Of a DNA stretch of 14,237 nucleotides, positions 1 through 8,299 are shown one piece after another. Position 1 is the first letter of the stretch. Each line of letters opens with the position of its first letter. The DNA is from Octopus sinensis (lineage: Eukaryota). The stretch is taken from positions 1 through 14,237 of the forward strand of contig NW_021825880.1 of the NCBI RefSeq assembly GCF_006345805.1, in the 5' to 3' direction. The notes under the pieces are model-generated. The model was given only the letters and a program-made list of their open reading frames with translations. It did not search any database and was not told the origin of the DNA. The position numbers were made by a program, and so were the translations under genes.

Positions 1-21
1 CAGAGGCATGGATCGTACTTT
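1..21 (-). CDS. apoLp: Apolipophorin-like gene, start of exon 6 (KVRSMPL...), runs off the window edge
   Basis: Acceptor catttaattacag|AAA at 23-22; phase-0 reading KVRSMPL resembles the 'IQSLPL' segment that I recall follows this region in apolipophorins. Only 21 nt are visible. Confidence 0.6.
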
Positions 22-69
22 CTGTAATTAAATGTGCTTGAGTTTGAGTAATTAATTGAGGGTTTTTAA

Positions 70-726
70 ACATGTGACATTAGTAAATCCGTTATAGAAA
101 TGCTCCATTGATAGTAATTGCACATGTCATTAGCATATTAAATGAATAAATGTATCACGCCGTGCAACAACTTAACATCTTATTAACATACCATTAACAT
201 AACATTAACATAACATTGACCGCTCAAATGTGGACTGTGACAAATTTCAGAGATGAGGACATTTGGGATTAGGATTATCATTTTGGGATTAGCTTATCTT
301 ATTTCATTAACATCATTAGCATCTCATTAACATACAAGTAACTTATTAACATATCATTAGCGTGTCATTAAGATAACATCAGCATTTCATTGGCATATAG
401 TTTAAAATTCCATTAACTTGTCATTAATATAATATTAACAACTCATTAACATTAATTAACATTAACATATTGTCATATAATCAGCATCTCATTCGCATAT
501 CTTATGACTATGACGGATTACTGCTAAGATAATTCCAAGGATACAAAGCATTTCATTAGCATATCATTAGCACCGCATTAGCATGTTGTTAGCATATTAT
601 CATTGTCATTCAGAAATCATGAGACCATAACAAATCACAGATGGGAACATTTCATTAACAATAGGATATGAATCTAAATTGCACATTGCACATATCATTA
701 GCATATCATAACATATCATTAACATA
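70..726 (+). repeat. Degenerate ~11-bp minisatellite (CATTARCATAT) in intron 5
   Basis: Dozens of cattaacat/cattagcat units in clusters at ~180-220, 304-480, 550-610 and 690-726. Confidence 0.8.
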
Positions 727-798
727 TGTATGTAATATATATATATACATACATATATATATATATATAATAATATATATATATAATATATATATATA

Positions 799-831
<33 letters not shown>
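727..831. repeat. (TA)n microsatellite
   Basis: Directly visible. Confidence 0.95.
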
Positions 832-838
<7 letters not shown>

Positions 839-951
839 ATGATATTAGGGAGCAAATCCAAACTTAGGGAAAAAATTAGATTTAGGATTAAATAAAATTT
901 CACAGGGTATAAATTAAGTTAGAGATATAAAACCACAATTAGGCAAATCAA

Positions 952-1103
952 CATATATATTTTATATATTTATATATTTTATATATTTTATATATTTTAT
1001 ATATTTGTATATTATCTTAATTATTTTATTTTTTATGTTTGTTTATGTTTTTCACTGTTTGATTTGGCCTAATAGTAGTTTTTATATATATATTATATTA
1101 TAT

Positions 1104-1138
<35 letters not shown>

Positions 1139-1191
1139 TATATATAATACATACATTATATATATAATACATATATATTTATTATATATAC

Positions 1192-1255
<64 letters not shown>

Positions 1256-1381
1256 TATATATATATATATACATATAATATATATATATGTATATATATT
1301 ATATATATATATAGATATATAACTATATATATATATATATAAATATATATATATGTGTGTATGTATGTATATATATGTATA
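952..1381. repeat. Interrupted (TA)n and T/A low-complexity tract
   Basis: Directly visible; source of the YIYI ORFs. Confidence 0.95.
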
Positions 1382-1409
1382 GTTATCAACAAACAGTTAA
1401 TAAACTCAC

Positions 1410-1569
1410 AGAGTGGACATTGTGTATTTGACTGGAATGCATGGCAATGCGGTAGTACTCTCGGGTCACTGCAACTGAGGAGGTCGGTCTGTGCTCTTAT
1501 GGATGGTCTTAGCACCCTGTAAATGTCCTGCACCTTGTACTCGGTCACAACACTGCCCACAACATCGGT
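1410..1569 (-). CDS. apoLp: Apolipophorin-like gene, exon 5 (TDVVG..TEYKVQD...DLLSCSD...), frameshifted as sequenced
   Basis: Acceptor tctcctccaatttcag|ACC, donor TCT|gtgagt; starts with the conserved (E)TDVxG motif; 160 nt (3n+1); homolog-like peptide pieces fall in different frames. Confidence 0.8.
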
Positions 1570-1756
1570 CTGAAATTGGAGGAGAAAAAAAACATTGTAA
1601 GTAATGTTAATGATGGGAGGTGGTGGGGGAAAAAATTAACAAAAGCACAAACAATGGTAACAACGACAGCAATAGTCCCATCCCATAAAGCACATGCCCA
1701 CCACCCCCAACAGATATATTTCAACGCATAGTTTGATAATATCGTGGCACACCAAC

Positions 1757-1981
1757 CTCTGTTATGTTGACATCTCTGTCCAGATCGTCCATGGTGTTTT
1801 GGAAAGCTGAGAGAATACCACGTTTGATGTTAAGGACCCATGTTGGTTCCTCTGACATCGGACAAACTTCTTCGATCTTGCCGTCCTGGAACGAGAACCT
1901 CAATCCTTGCTTCATGAGGGCGTCGCTGAACTGTTGACCTTCAGGAGCATAGTCCATGTTGGTGACCCGGACATTATTGAG
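1757..1981 (-). CDS. apoLp: Apolipophorin-like gene, exon 4 (LNNVRV...LRFSFQDGKIEEVCPMSEEPTWVLNIKRGILSAFQNTMDDLDRDVNITE)
   Basis: 225 nt = 75 codons, phase 0-0; acceptor tttttatccaacag|CTC, donor GAG|gttggt. The LRFSFQDG..EEVCP..EP.WVLNIKRGILSAFQN motif is characteristic of apolipophorin/apoB-type LLTPs. Confidence 0.93.
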
Positions 1982-2034
1982 CTGTTGGATAAAAATTGAA
2001 AATATGATAAGAAAGAAACCATATATAAGTATAG

Positions 2035-2130
2035 ACTCAGGCATGGTTGTGTAGTTAAGAAGATCGTTTTCCAATAATAATGACATGGTTTTGGGTTCAG
2101 TCCCACTGTACAACACCTTGGGCAAGTGTA
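2035..2130 (+). mobile_element. Diverged SINE family A head only
   Basis: catggttttgggttcagtcccactg...caccttgggcaagtgt. Confidence 0.7.
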
Positions 2131-2181
2131 TTTTACTCTATGTATATGTATTATGTACTGTGTTGTGTTTGTATATTTGTG

Positions 2182-2236
<55 letters not shown>

Positions 2237-2486
2237 GTATATAATTATATATATATATATTATATATGTGGTGTTGGTGTAATAGAAAATATTTTACAAC
2301 AGTTAAATAGTAAAACTACTACACATGATAATGTAAGGGGAAAGTAAGGAAAATAACGAAAATGCACAATTGTAAATAAAAAAGTAAAGGGTTTTTATGA
2401 AAAGTAACGAAATATATATACAATTATATGAACTCTGGTAGGAATAAAAGTAATAAAAGTCATTATTGTGAATTGTTAAAGAGATT

Positions 2487-2525
2487 CAAGCATACCGGTT
2501 TCGTAAATTACTAATCATTGCTTTG
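2487..2525 (-). ncRNA. Degenerate minimal type I hammerhead-like motif (sense to the pre-mRNA, intron 3)
   Basis: Minus strand AAGCA [ATGATTA] GTA-att-TAC [GAAA] CCGG [TA] TGCTT. Stem I AAGCA/TGCTT, palindromic ACCGGT stem III; core changed at C3 and G8. Confidence 0.45.
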
Positions 2526-2749
2526 AATACAACAATTCATTGCTTTGGATGCACACCGATTAATGAACGGTGTCAAGTCTAATAGTCCCTGAGAAAAAAG
2601 AATATTTGTAAGGGAGCTAAGTAGTTCTGGATTTGATGCAATTTGGTTAGATATAGAATTGTAAAGTGAATGGTGTAAGGGATGTATGGGGGGGTTAGTG
2701 GTATTAATTGAAAGGTTAGTAGTGTTCTGTATTATGTTATGTGTTTTAC

Positions 2750-2910
2750 CATCATGACCATGTCACATTTTGTCACAGGTTCAAATACGACTCTGGCATT
2801 CAACGAAAAGCTGGCACCATCATGGGACGCTCCATTCATCTTTGTCGTGGTCTGTGCATTGTAATCATATTCATAGGAAGAACCAACTTCATAATTGAAT
2901 TTTCGAGTTC
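2750..2910 (-). CDS. apoLp: Apolipophorin-like gene, exon 3 (TRKFNYEVGSSYEYDYNAQTTTKMNGASHDGASFSLNARVVFEPVTKCDMVMM), start of the Vitellogenin_N/LLT domain
   Basis: Acceptor tgtttttacag|GA, donor ATG|gtaaaa; 161 nt, phase 1-0, no stops; the Y-x-Y-x-Y strand pattern is typical of LLTP N-termini. Missed by the ORF track (no upstream ATG). Confidence 0.88.
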
Positions 2911-2949
2911 CTGTAAAAACATAAATCTATCATATACTCTTATATAAGT

Positions 2950-3112
2950 ACATACATATGTATATCTATATCTATCAAACTAGCCAGCTAGATCTCTCTG
3001 TCCCCACTCATTCTGTCTGTCTGTCTGTCTGTCTGTCTCTGTCTCTGTCTCTCTGTCTCTCTCTCTCTCTCTATATCTTATATATATATATATAGAGAGA
3101 GAGAGAGACATA
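2950..3112. repeat. Compound microsatellite (TCTG)n(TC)n(TA)n(GA)n
   Basis: Directly visible. Confidence 0.95.
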
Positions 3113-3181
3113 CATATATTTCGGAATGGTCATTTTGCAAGTTTAGTAAGGAGAGACACAAATAAGAAAGAAGAAAACAAA

Positions 3182-3226
3182 GGACCACTGATGCGGTCAC
3201 AGGAGTGTGACGAAAGAACTCTGGCC
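3182..3226 (+). ncRNA. Degenerate minimal type I hammerhead-like motif
   Basis: GGACCA [CTGATGC]G GTCAC-aggagt-GTGAC [GAAA] GAAC [TC] TGGCC. Core differs at A9; perfect 5-bp stem II; CCA/TGG stem I. Confidence 0.5.
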
Positions 3227-3553
3227 GAAATAAGATTAAGATTAATGTAAAAAATAAATAACACTGAAGCAAAATGAACCAAATATATAGTGCGTGTGTT
3301 TTTATTGGCTAAACTGGCAATATGACCATTCCGAAATATAACAATATCTGTTTCAACACACGACTTCACATAAAAAAAAAATCTTGCACAACAAATATTT
3401 AAACGTATATACATATATTTATATAGATAGATATATGTATACACGTACTTCTATTAGAAAGTTTGGAGATGATGTACATGTATTATATATTAGAAGAAAT
3501 AAGGTACTCAGAAATCTGGATGGTTTTATATTTACAGATATTTATTAGTATAC

Positions 3554-3966
3554 TCTTTTTTACTCTTTTACTCTTTTACTTGTTTCAGTCATTTGACTGC
3601 GGCCATGCTGGAGCACCGCCTTTAGTCGAGCAAATCGACCCGGGACCTTATTCTTTGTAAGCCCAGTACTTATTCTATCGGTCTCTTTTTGCCGAACCGC
3701 TAAGTGACGGGGATGTAAACACACCAGCATCGGTTGTTAAAGCAATGCTAGGGGGACAAACACAACACACACATTACCATATAATATATATATATATATA
3801 CGACAGGCTTCTTTCAGTTTCCGTCTACCAAATCCACTCACAAGGCATTGGTCGGCCCGGGGCTATAGCAGAAGACACTTGCCCAAGATGTCACGCAGTG
3901 GGACTGAACCCGGAACCATGAGGTTGGTTAGCAAGCTACTTACCACACAGCCACTCCTGCGCCTAT
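3554..3966 (-). mobile_element. tRNA-derived SINE, family A (octopus OR-type/CORE-like), full length
   Basis: Minus strand head ggagTGGCTGTGTGGtaag (A box) and GGTTCAGTCCC (B box); cttgggcaag core; internal (TA)/(TG) tract; 3' ggcggtgctccagcatggccgcag; (TAAAAGAG)n tail. Homologous to 11590-11885 and 13529-13945. Confidence 0.85.
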
Positions 3967-4159
3967 GTTGCATGTTTTTAGAAATCATATATTAGCGCTT
4001 TCGTCCACTCCAGTAGAGTCTTCGAATTGAACTTTTGTAGGAATTTTGACTCTTTTTATAGTATTATTGAGTGTGTACGGTAAAAAAGCAACCGGTAAAA
4101 AAGTAAAAGACTTAAAAGAAAAAGAAAAAGAAACTCTCTAAAAGAGTAAAAGAGCAAAT

Positions 4160-4455
4160 AACAAGCACTGGGCTCGAATCGTTCGACTGAAATCCTTCCA
4201 GGCAGTGCTCCAGCATGGGCGCATTCTAATGAATGAAACAATTGGAAAACAAAAGATAAAAGTAAAAGGAGGACGAGGAGGAAAAGGAGGAGAGTAAGAG
4301 AAGGAAGAAGGGAGAAATGGGTGAAGGCAATGCTCCAGCATGGTCGCAGTCTAATGAATGAAGCGAGTAAAGGACAGAAGACAAAAGAAGAAAAAGAAGG
4401 AGGAGGACGAGAAGGGAAAGGAGGAGAGTAAGAGAAGGAAGAAAGGCGAAGTGGG
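4160..4455 (+). repeat. Two SINE-A-like 3'-end fragments alternating with purine-rich tracts (~130-bp unit x2)
   Basis: ggca(g/a)tgctccagcatgg(g/t)cgca(t/g)tctaatgaatgaa at ~4201 and ~4326; ggaggacgag...aaaggaggagagtaagagaaggaagaa at ~4268 and ~4402. Confidence 0.7.
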
Positions 4456-4479
4456 AGAAGAATAAGGAAGCAACATTAC

Positions 4480-4536
4480 CTAAGCAGTTCGTTGCACAGA
4501 TCTGTTCTTGGTTGCCATGGTTTCTCTTGATGGTTC
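4480..4536 (-). CDS. apoLp: Apolipophorin-like gene, exon 2 (G-TIKRNHGNQEQICATNCL-G), 57 nt
   Basis: Acceptor cttctcctaacag|GA at 4538-4537 and donor TTAG|gtaatg at 4479-4478; phase 1-1, joins exons 1 and 3 in frame; CxxxC just before the LLT domain. Confidence 0.8.
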   Translation of the reverse strand, partial: EPSRETMATKNRSVQRTA

Positions 4537-4767
4537 CTGTTAGGAGAAGATGATAGAATTTACAATAGGAAAATACTATGCCAAAATAACGTGTGTGTGT
4601 ATACACACACACATACACACACACACATATACAGACAGACATATGTATATATGTACATGTATGTATATAGGTATAAATATTATAAATACATATATATGTA
4701 TATATATATTGATAGATCGTTAGCTCTTACACGCATTTTTTTTCTCTCCTTGTTTTTTTGCTGTGTA

Positions 4768-4805
4768 TCTTTCTGTCGAAGAGCGTAGGCTCGAAACGTA
4801 AAAGA
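4768..4805 (+). ncRNA. Variant minimal type I hammerhead-like motif at the end of a Penelope-like repeat
   Basis: TCTTT [CTGTCGA]A GAGC-gtag-GCTC [GAAA] CG [TA] AAAGA. Stem I TCTTT/AAAGA, 4-bp stem II, palindromic ACGT stem III; core has A6>U. Confidence 0.45.
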
Positions 4806-4974
4806 CTTTTTCTATTTCTATTCCTGAGCGCTATACTAATACATTTGTTTCTTTGTACTTCACCTGCCTTCGTCTTTTGTTTATTTTCGTAAACTTTCCC
4901 TTTATCTATATATATATGTATGTATATATATATATTAATATATATATATATATATATATATGTTTATATATATA

Positions 4975-5027
<53 letters not shown>

Positions 5028-5554
5028 ATATACACATATGTATACAGCCGAACCTGCTGGGTTCGGCTACTCAGCATTAATAAGAAGCCAATACCTTGAA
5101 ACATGTCTGCAGATGCCTGACCAGCAAGGGGAAGCGGCTGACCTCCCCTGTTCGAAGGTTATAATGGACGCAGTTTCGTGTGTCACATAGCGAGCTAGAG
5201 GCGATGGCCTCTTGGAGCTAATCAACGGCAGCTTTCGTCCTATATTTATGGACTGCCATATTAGCTTGGTGATAACTATTAATATCCAGTACCGCTACCT
5301 TACTCCCCTTTAGAGAGACTTAGAAATAGTAATATTTCTATTATATATAAATATATATATATACACCCTGTTTTTCCTTCACCTGTCTTCGTGTCTTGTT
5401 TTTTTTAACAAAATATATTTATGTTTGCGTGCGTGTGTTGTGTGTGTTTATGAATGCGAAACAATTTTCTTTTTGGAACATTGAAACGTGAAGCAAATCA
5501 AGTTATAAATAATACTGATGTGTAAATATTGTGTCAAAAAAATCCTTCCTGAAA

Positions 5555-6817
5555 ACGAAAGTTGTTGAAGATGATGATGAACAGTTGTATGGTTTGAACT
5601 AAGCTTTATCGCCAATTCTTCAACTGATAATGCAGGATTTTCTTCAAGTAATGCATGAAAGAGCTTATCATCAAGCTCAATAGGACGTCCTGCTTGATCT
5701 TCATCTTCAAGGCTGAAATCTCCACTTCTGAATTTTGCGAACCATCTTCTGCAAGTTAGTTAGTTAGTTAGTTAATTTGGCTCAAAAGCAAATAGCAAGG
5801 CCATGTAGGGGGATATGGAGTTAAGTACAGGGTGGTGTTCATGTAAAGAGTTCAGGCCACTTAAGGTCAAGGGAGGCTTTGAACAAAGCGGTCGTCGGCA
5901 TCTTCACCATCTCGTCTGGCAGCTTGTTCCACAGATCCGCAACCCGGACGGAGAAAGCCCCTCTCCTTCGATTGAGATGAAATCGTCGCAGGTAGAGCTT
6001 TTCGGAATGACCCCGCAGCCGACGCTCTGGAGCAGGAGTGAAGAACAGCTCTTTCAAGAGGTTACACTTTCCGCTTATGATGCTGTGGGCGAGAATGAGA
6101 TCTCCACGGCGGCGGCGTTTTTCTAGAGAATAAAGGTCGAGCGTCCTCAGCCTTTCTTCATAGGACAAATTTTTGAGACCATGAACCATGCGGGTAGCCA
6201 GCTTCTGGACTCTTTCGAGATGCTGTATGTCTTGAGGAGATAAGAGAAGAGGCTTGAATCCCGTACTCCAATATGGGTCTCACCAGCGTGACATAGAGTG
6301 GTAGGAATATGGCTGCTGTGAGCATTCCGAATGACCGTCGAATCAAGAACAGAATTCTGCGTGCTTTGTTGGCAGCATGGACGCACTGGGCCGAAGGCGA
6401 AAAGGAGGAATCCACCAAGATACGCAGGTCCTTTACCTGATCGGTCCTCTCCAGCAGCAGACGACCCGGCTCGAAATCAAGTTGAGTTACAGGAGGAGAA
6501 CCAACAGGCAGATGACAGCACTTTGACACGTTACGTTCTTTCATTCAAGCAATATTCATATAAACTGAGGGTATATTTGGAGTCGCTTCCTTTTTGTACT
6601 CAGAAAGCATTATGTGCCTTAAATAGTCTTTGGATATTTCCATGTTAGAAAGGGTTTTAGAGAACTTTTAACTCTATTATTCTGTAAAATAATACTTAAT
6701 TAGTTTAAATGTAGACACATTCATAACATATTTAATTCCATTAGACATTCCAAATACTACTAAATTTCATTCAATTCTAGAAATGGTAAAATCGACAGAA
6801 CTTATGGGATGACCTGA
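5555..6817 (-). mobile_element. Tc1/mariner (mariner-type) DNA transposon remnant, 5' part only, split by a CR1 insertion
   Basis: Left TIR-like TA|TCAGGTCATCCCATAAGTTCTGTCGATTTT (6817-6788) next to a (TA)n tract; ATG at 6643 reading MEISKDYLRHIMLSEYKK-EATPNIPSVY/EYCLNER; resumes at 5755 as TCRRWFAKFRSGDFSLEDEDQAGRPIELDDKLFHALLEENPALSVEELAIKLSSNHTTVHHHLQQL (mariner HTH domain). No right TIR or DD34D domain seen. Confidence 0.85.
5755..6534 (-). mobile_element. 5'-truncated CR1-clade LINE with (TAAC)5 tail
   Basis: Frameshifted ORF2 C-terminus: VKDLRILVDSSFSPSAQCVHAANKARRIL...LYVTLVRPILEYG / MVHGLKNLSYEERLRTLDLYSLEKRRRRGDLI...RGHSEKL...FSVRVADLWNKLP; short 3'UTR; (GTTA)5 on the plus strand at 5755-5774. 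Confidence 0.92.
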
Positions 6818-6821
6818 TATA

Positions 6822-6908
<87 letters not shown>

Positions 6909-7186
6909 CACATATACATATACATATATATATATATATATACATATATATATGTATATGTGTATATATATATATATATATGTGTGTGTGTATGATATGA
7001 TTGATTGATTTATTCCAGTTCCAGCCTATGAGCTGTGGCCATGCTGGGGCACCGCCATTTATATATATATATATATATTATACCATATACATATACATAT
7101 ATATATATATGTATATGTGTGTGTATATATATATGTATATAATATATATATACATATATATGTAAATATGTGTGTATATAAAATAT

Positions 7187-7229
<43 letters not shown>

Positions 7230-7307
7230 TAATATATATATATACATATATATATATACATACACACACAACACACACACACCCCACACACACACACACA
7301 TATATAT
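6818..7307. repeat. (TA)n/(CA)n/(TG)n microsatellite complex, interrupted by the 7005-7060 fragment
   Basis: Directly visible. Confidence 0.95.
7005..7060 (-). mobile_element. Short retroposon 3'-end fragment sharing the SINE-A terminal motif
   Basis: Minus strand ggcggtgccccagcatggccacagctc...ggaataaa(tcaa)n. Confidence 0.55.
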
Positions 7308-7643
7308 GCGAAGGCGCGTGCCTCAGTGGTTAGAGCGTCGAGCTTACGATCGGGAGGTTGTGAGCTCGAATCCCAGACCGGGCTGCGTGTTGTGTTCTTG
7401 AGCAAGACACTTTATTTCACGTTGCTCCAGTCCACTCAGCTGTAGAAATGAGTTGCGATGTCACAGGTGCCAAGCTGTATCGGCCCTTGCCTTTCCCTTG
7501 GACAACATCGGTGACGTGGAGAGGGGAGGCCGGTATGCATGGGCGACTGCTGGTCTTCCATAAAACAACCTTGCCCAGACTTGTGCCTCAGAGGGTAACT
7601 CTCTAGGTGCAAACCCATGGTCAGTGTCTGACCGAAGGGGGTC
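7308..7643 (+). mobile_element. tRNA-derived SINE, family B, near full length
   Basis: A-box-like gtgcctcagtggttagagc, B-box-like gctcgaatccc, then a CORE-like ttgagcaagacacttt...gttgctccagtccactcagctg. Confidence 0.8.
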
Positions 7644-7679
7644 ATGATATATATATATACACACACATGTCTGATTGCC

Positions 7680-7910
7680 CCATGTTGGCATAGGTTGGAT
7701 AGTTTGACAGGCTAAACTGCAGATTGCATCAGGCAATTTTGCATGGTTTCTACGGCTGGACGTCCTTCCATATGCCAGCCACTTTAGAGTGTGAACTGGA
7801 TGCTTTTTACGTAGCACCGGCACTGGCAGGGTCAACTAGCGACTTGCAAGATAAAGGTCCTTTGAGAAAGGATGGGGGTCTTGCTGTAGAAGAGATAGAT
7901 CGTTACTCGG
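7680..7910 (-). mobile_element. Probable retroposon 3'-end fragment (RTE-like motif)
   Basis: Contains catggtttctacggctggacgtccttccatatgccagcc, resembling the GGAAGGGCATCCAGCCGTA terminal motif that I recall from RTE-type ends; not verified. Confidence 0.35.
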
Positions 7911-7911
7911 T

Positions 7912-7943
<32 letters not shown>

Positions 7944-8025
7944 GAGAGAAAGAGAGAGAAAAAGTGAGAGAGAGAGAGAGAAAGAGAGAGTGAGAGAAAG
8001 AGAGAGAAAAAGTGAGAGAGAGATT
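7911..8025. repeat. (GA)n tract with an internal ~48-bp higher-order duplication
   Basis: gagagaaagagagagtgagagaaagagagagaaaaagtgagag occurs twice in tandem. Confidence 0.9.
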
Positions 8026-8192
8026 GAGGCAAGGGGTGACACATGGTTGGCCAGTCAGAGGGAGAGAGCAGTATATGAATATATACCTATAACAAAGAAA
8101 ATAAAAAAAAACAAAAGACAAAAAAAAAAAAATACAGGTACCATTAACAAGGACCAAAGGGGAAGAATAACAAGTAATTAAAGGATTTTTAC

Positions 8193-8250
8193 CTGCTTGT
8201 CCACCAGTAACAACAGCAGCCACAACGACGATAACAGCAAAGTAATCCAT
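8193..8250 (-). CDS. apoLp: Apolipophorin/apoB-like large lipid transfer protein, coding exon 1 (signal peptide MDYFAVIVVVAAVVTGGQA+G)
   Basis: ATG in aatATGG context; 19 mostly hydrophobic codons ending in small residues (GGQA); phase-1 donor G|gtaaaa at 8192-8191, matching the phase-1 start of exon 2. Confidence 0.8.
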
Positions 8251-8251
8251 A

Positions 8252-8284
8252 TTAATCACTAATACAGATTAGTCTTCGTCCCAT
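8252..8284 (-). other. Upstream ORF MGRRLICISD* in the predicted 5'UTR
   Basis: gctATGG at 8284; 10 codons then TAA (8254-8252); 1 nt spacer before the main ATG at 8250. Confidence 0.5.
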
Positions 8285-8299
8285 AGCAGCTCCACCGAG

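Noticed and set aside
1005-1380. ORFs rich in YI/IY, MYVC and HTYI (also at 2085-2347, 4591-4788, 7010-7301, 8304-8713 and 10683-11630)
   Set aside because: They are translations of (TA)n, (ATGT)n and (ACAT)n microsatellites, which lack stop codons in some frames; not proteins.
1721-2125. 134-aa ORF as a standalone gene
   Set aside because: Only 1757-1981 is exonic; the N-terminal part translates a SINE head and the polypyrimidine tract, and the C-terminal part is intron read-through.
5044-5066. Helitron 3' terminal hairpin
   Set aside because: No CTRR terminus follows at the expected distance on either strand.
5400-5555. Right TIR of the mariner element
   Set aside because: No match to TCAGGTCATCCCATAAG was found on the plus strand; the element appears 3'-deleted.
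5815-6648. Plus-strand ORFs of 103 aa and 105 aa
   Set aside because: They are antisense shadows of the CR1 ORF2 and mariner fragments with no recognisable motifs.
7308-7385. Possible tRNA gene (also the heads at 11590, 13153 and 13529)
   Set aside because: A/B boxes are present, but there is no complete cloverleaf acceptor stem and each continues into a SINE body; these are tRNA-derived SINE heads.
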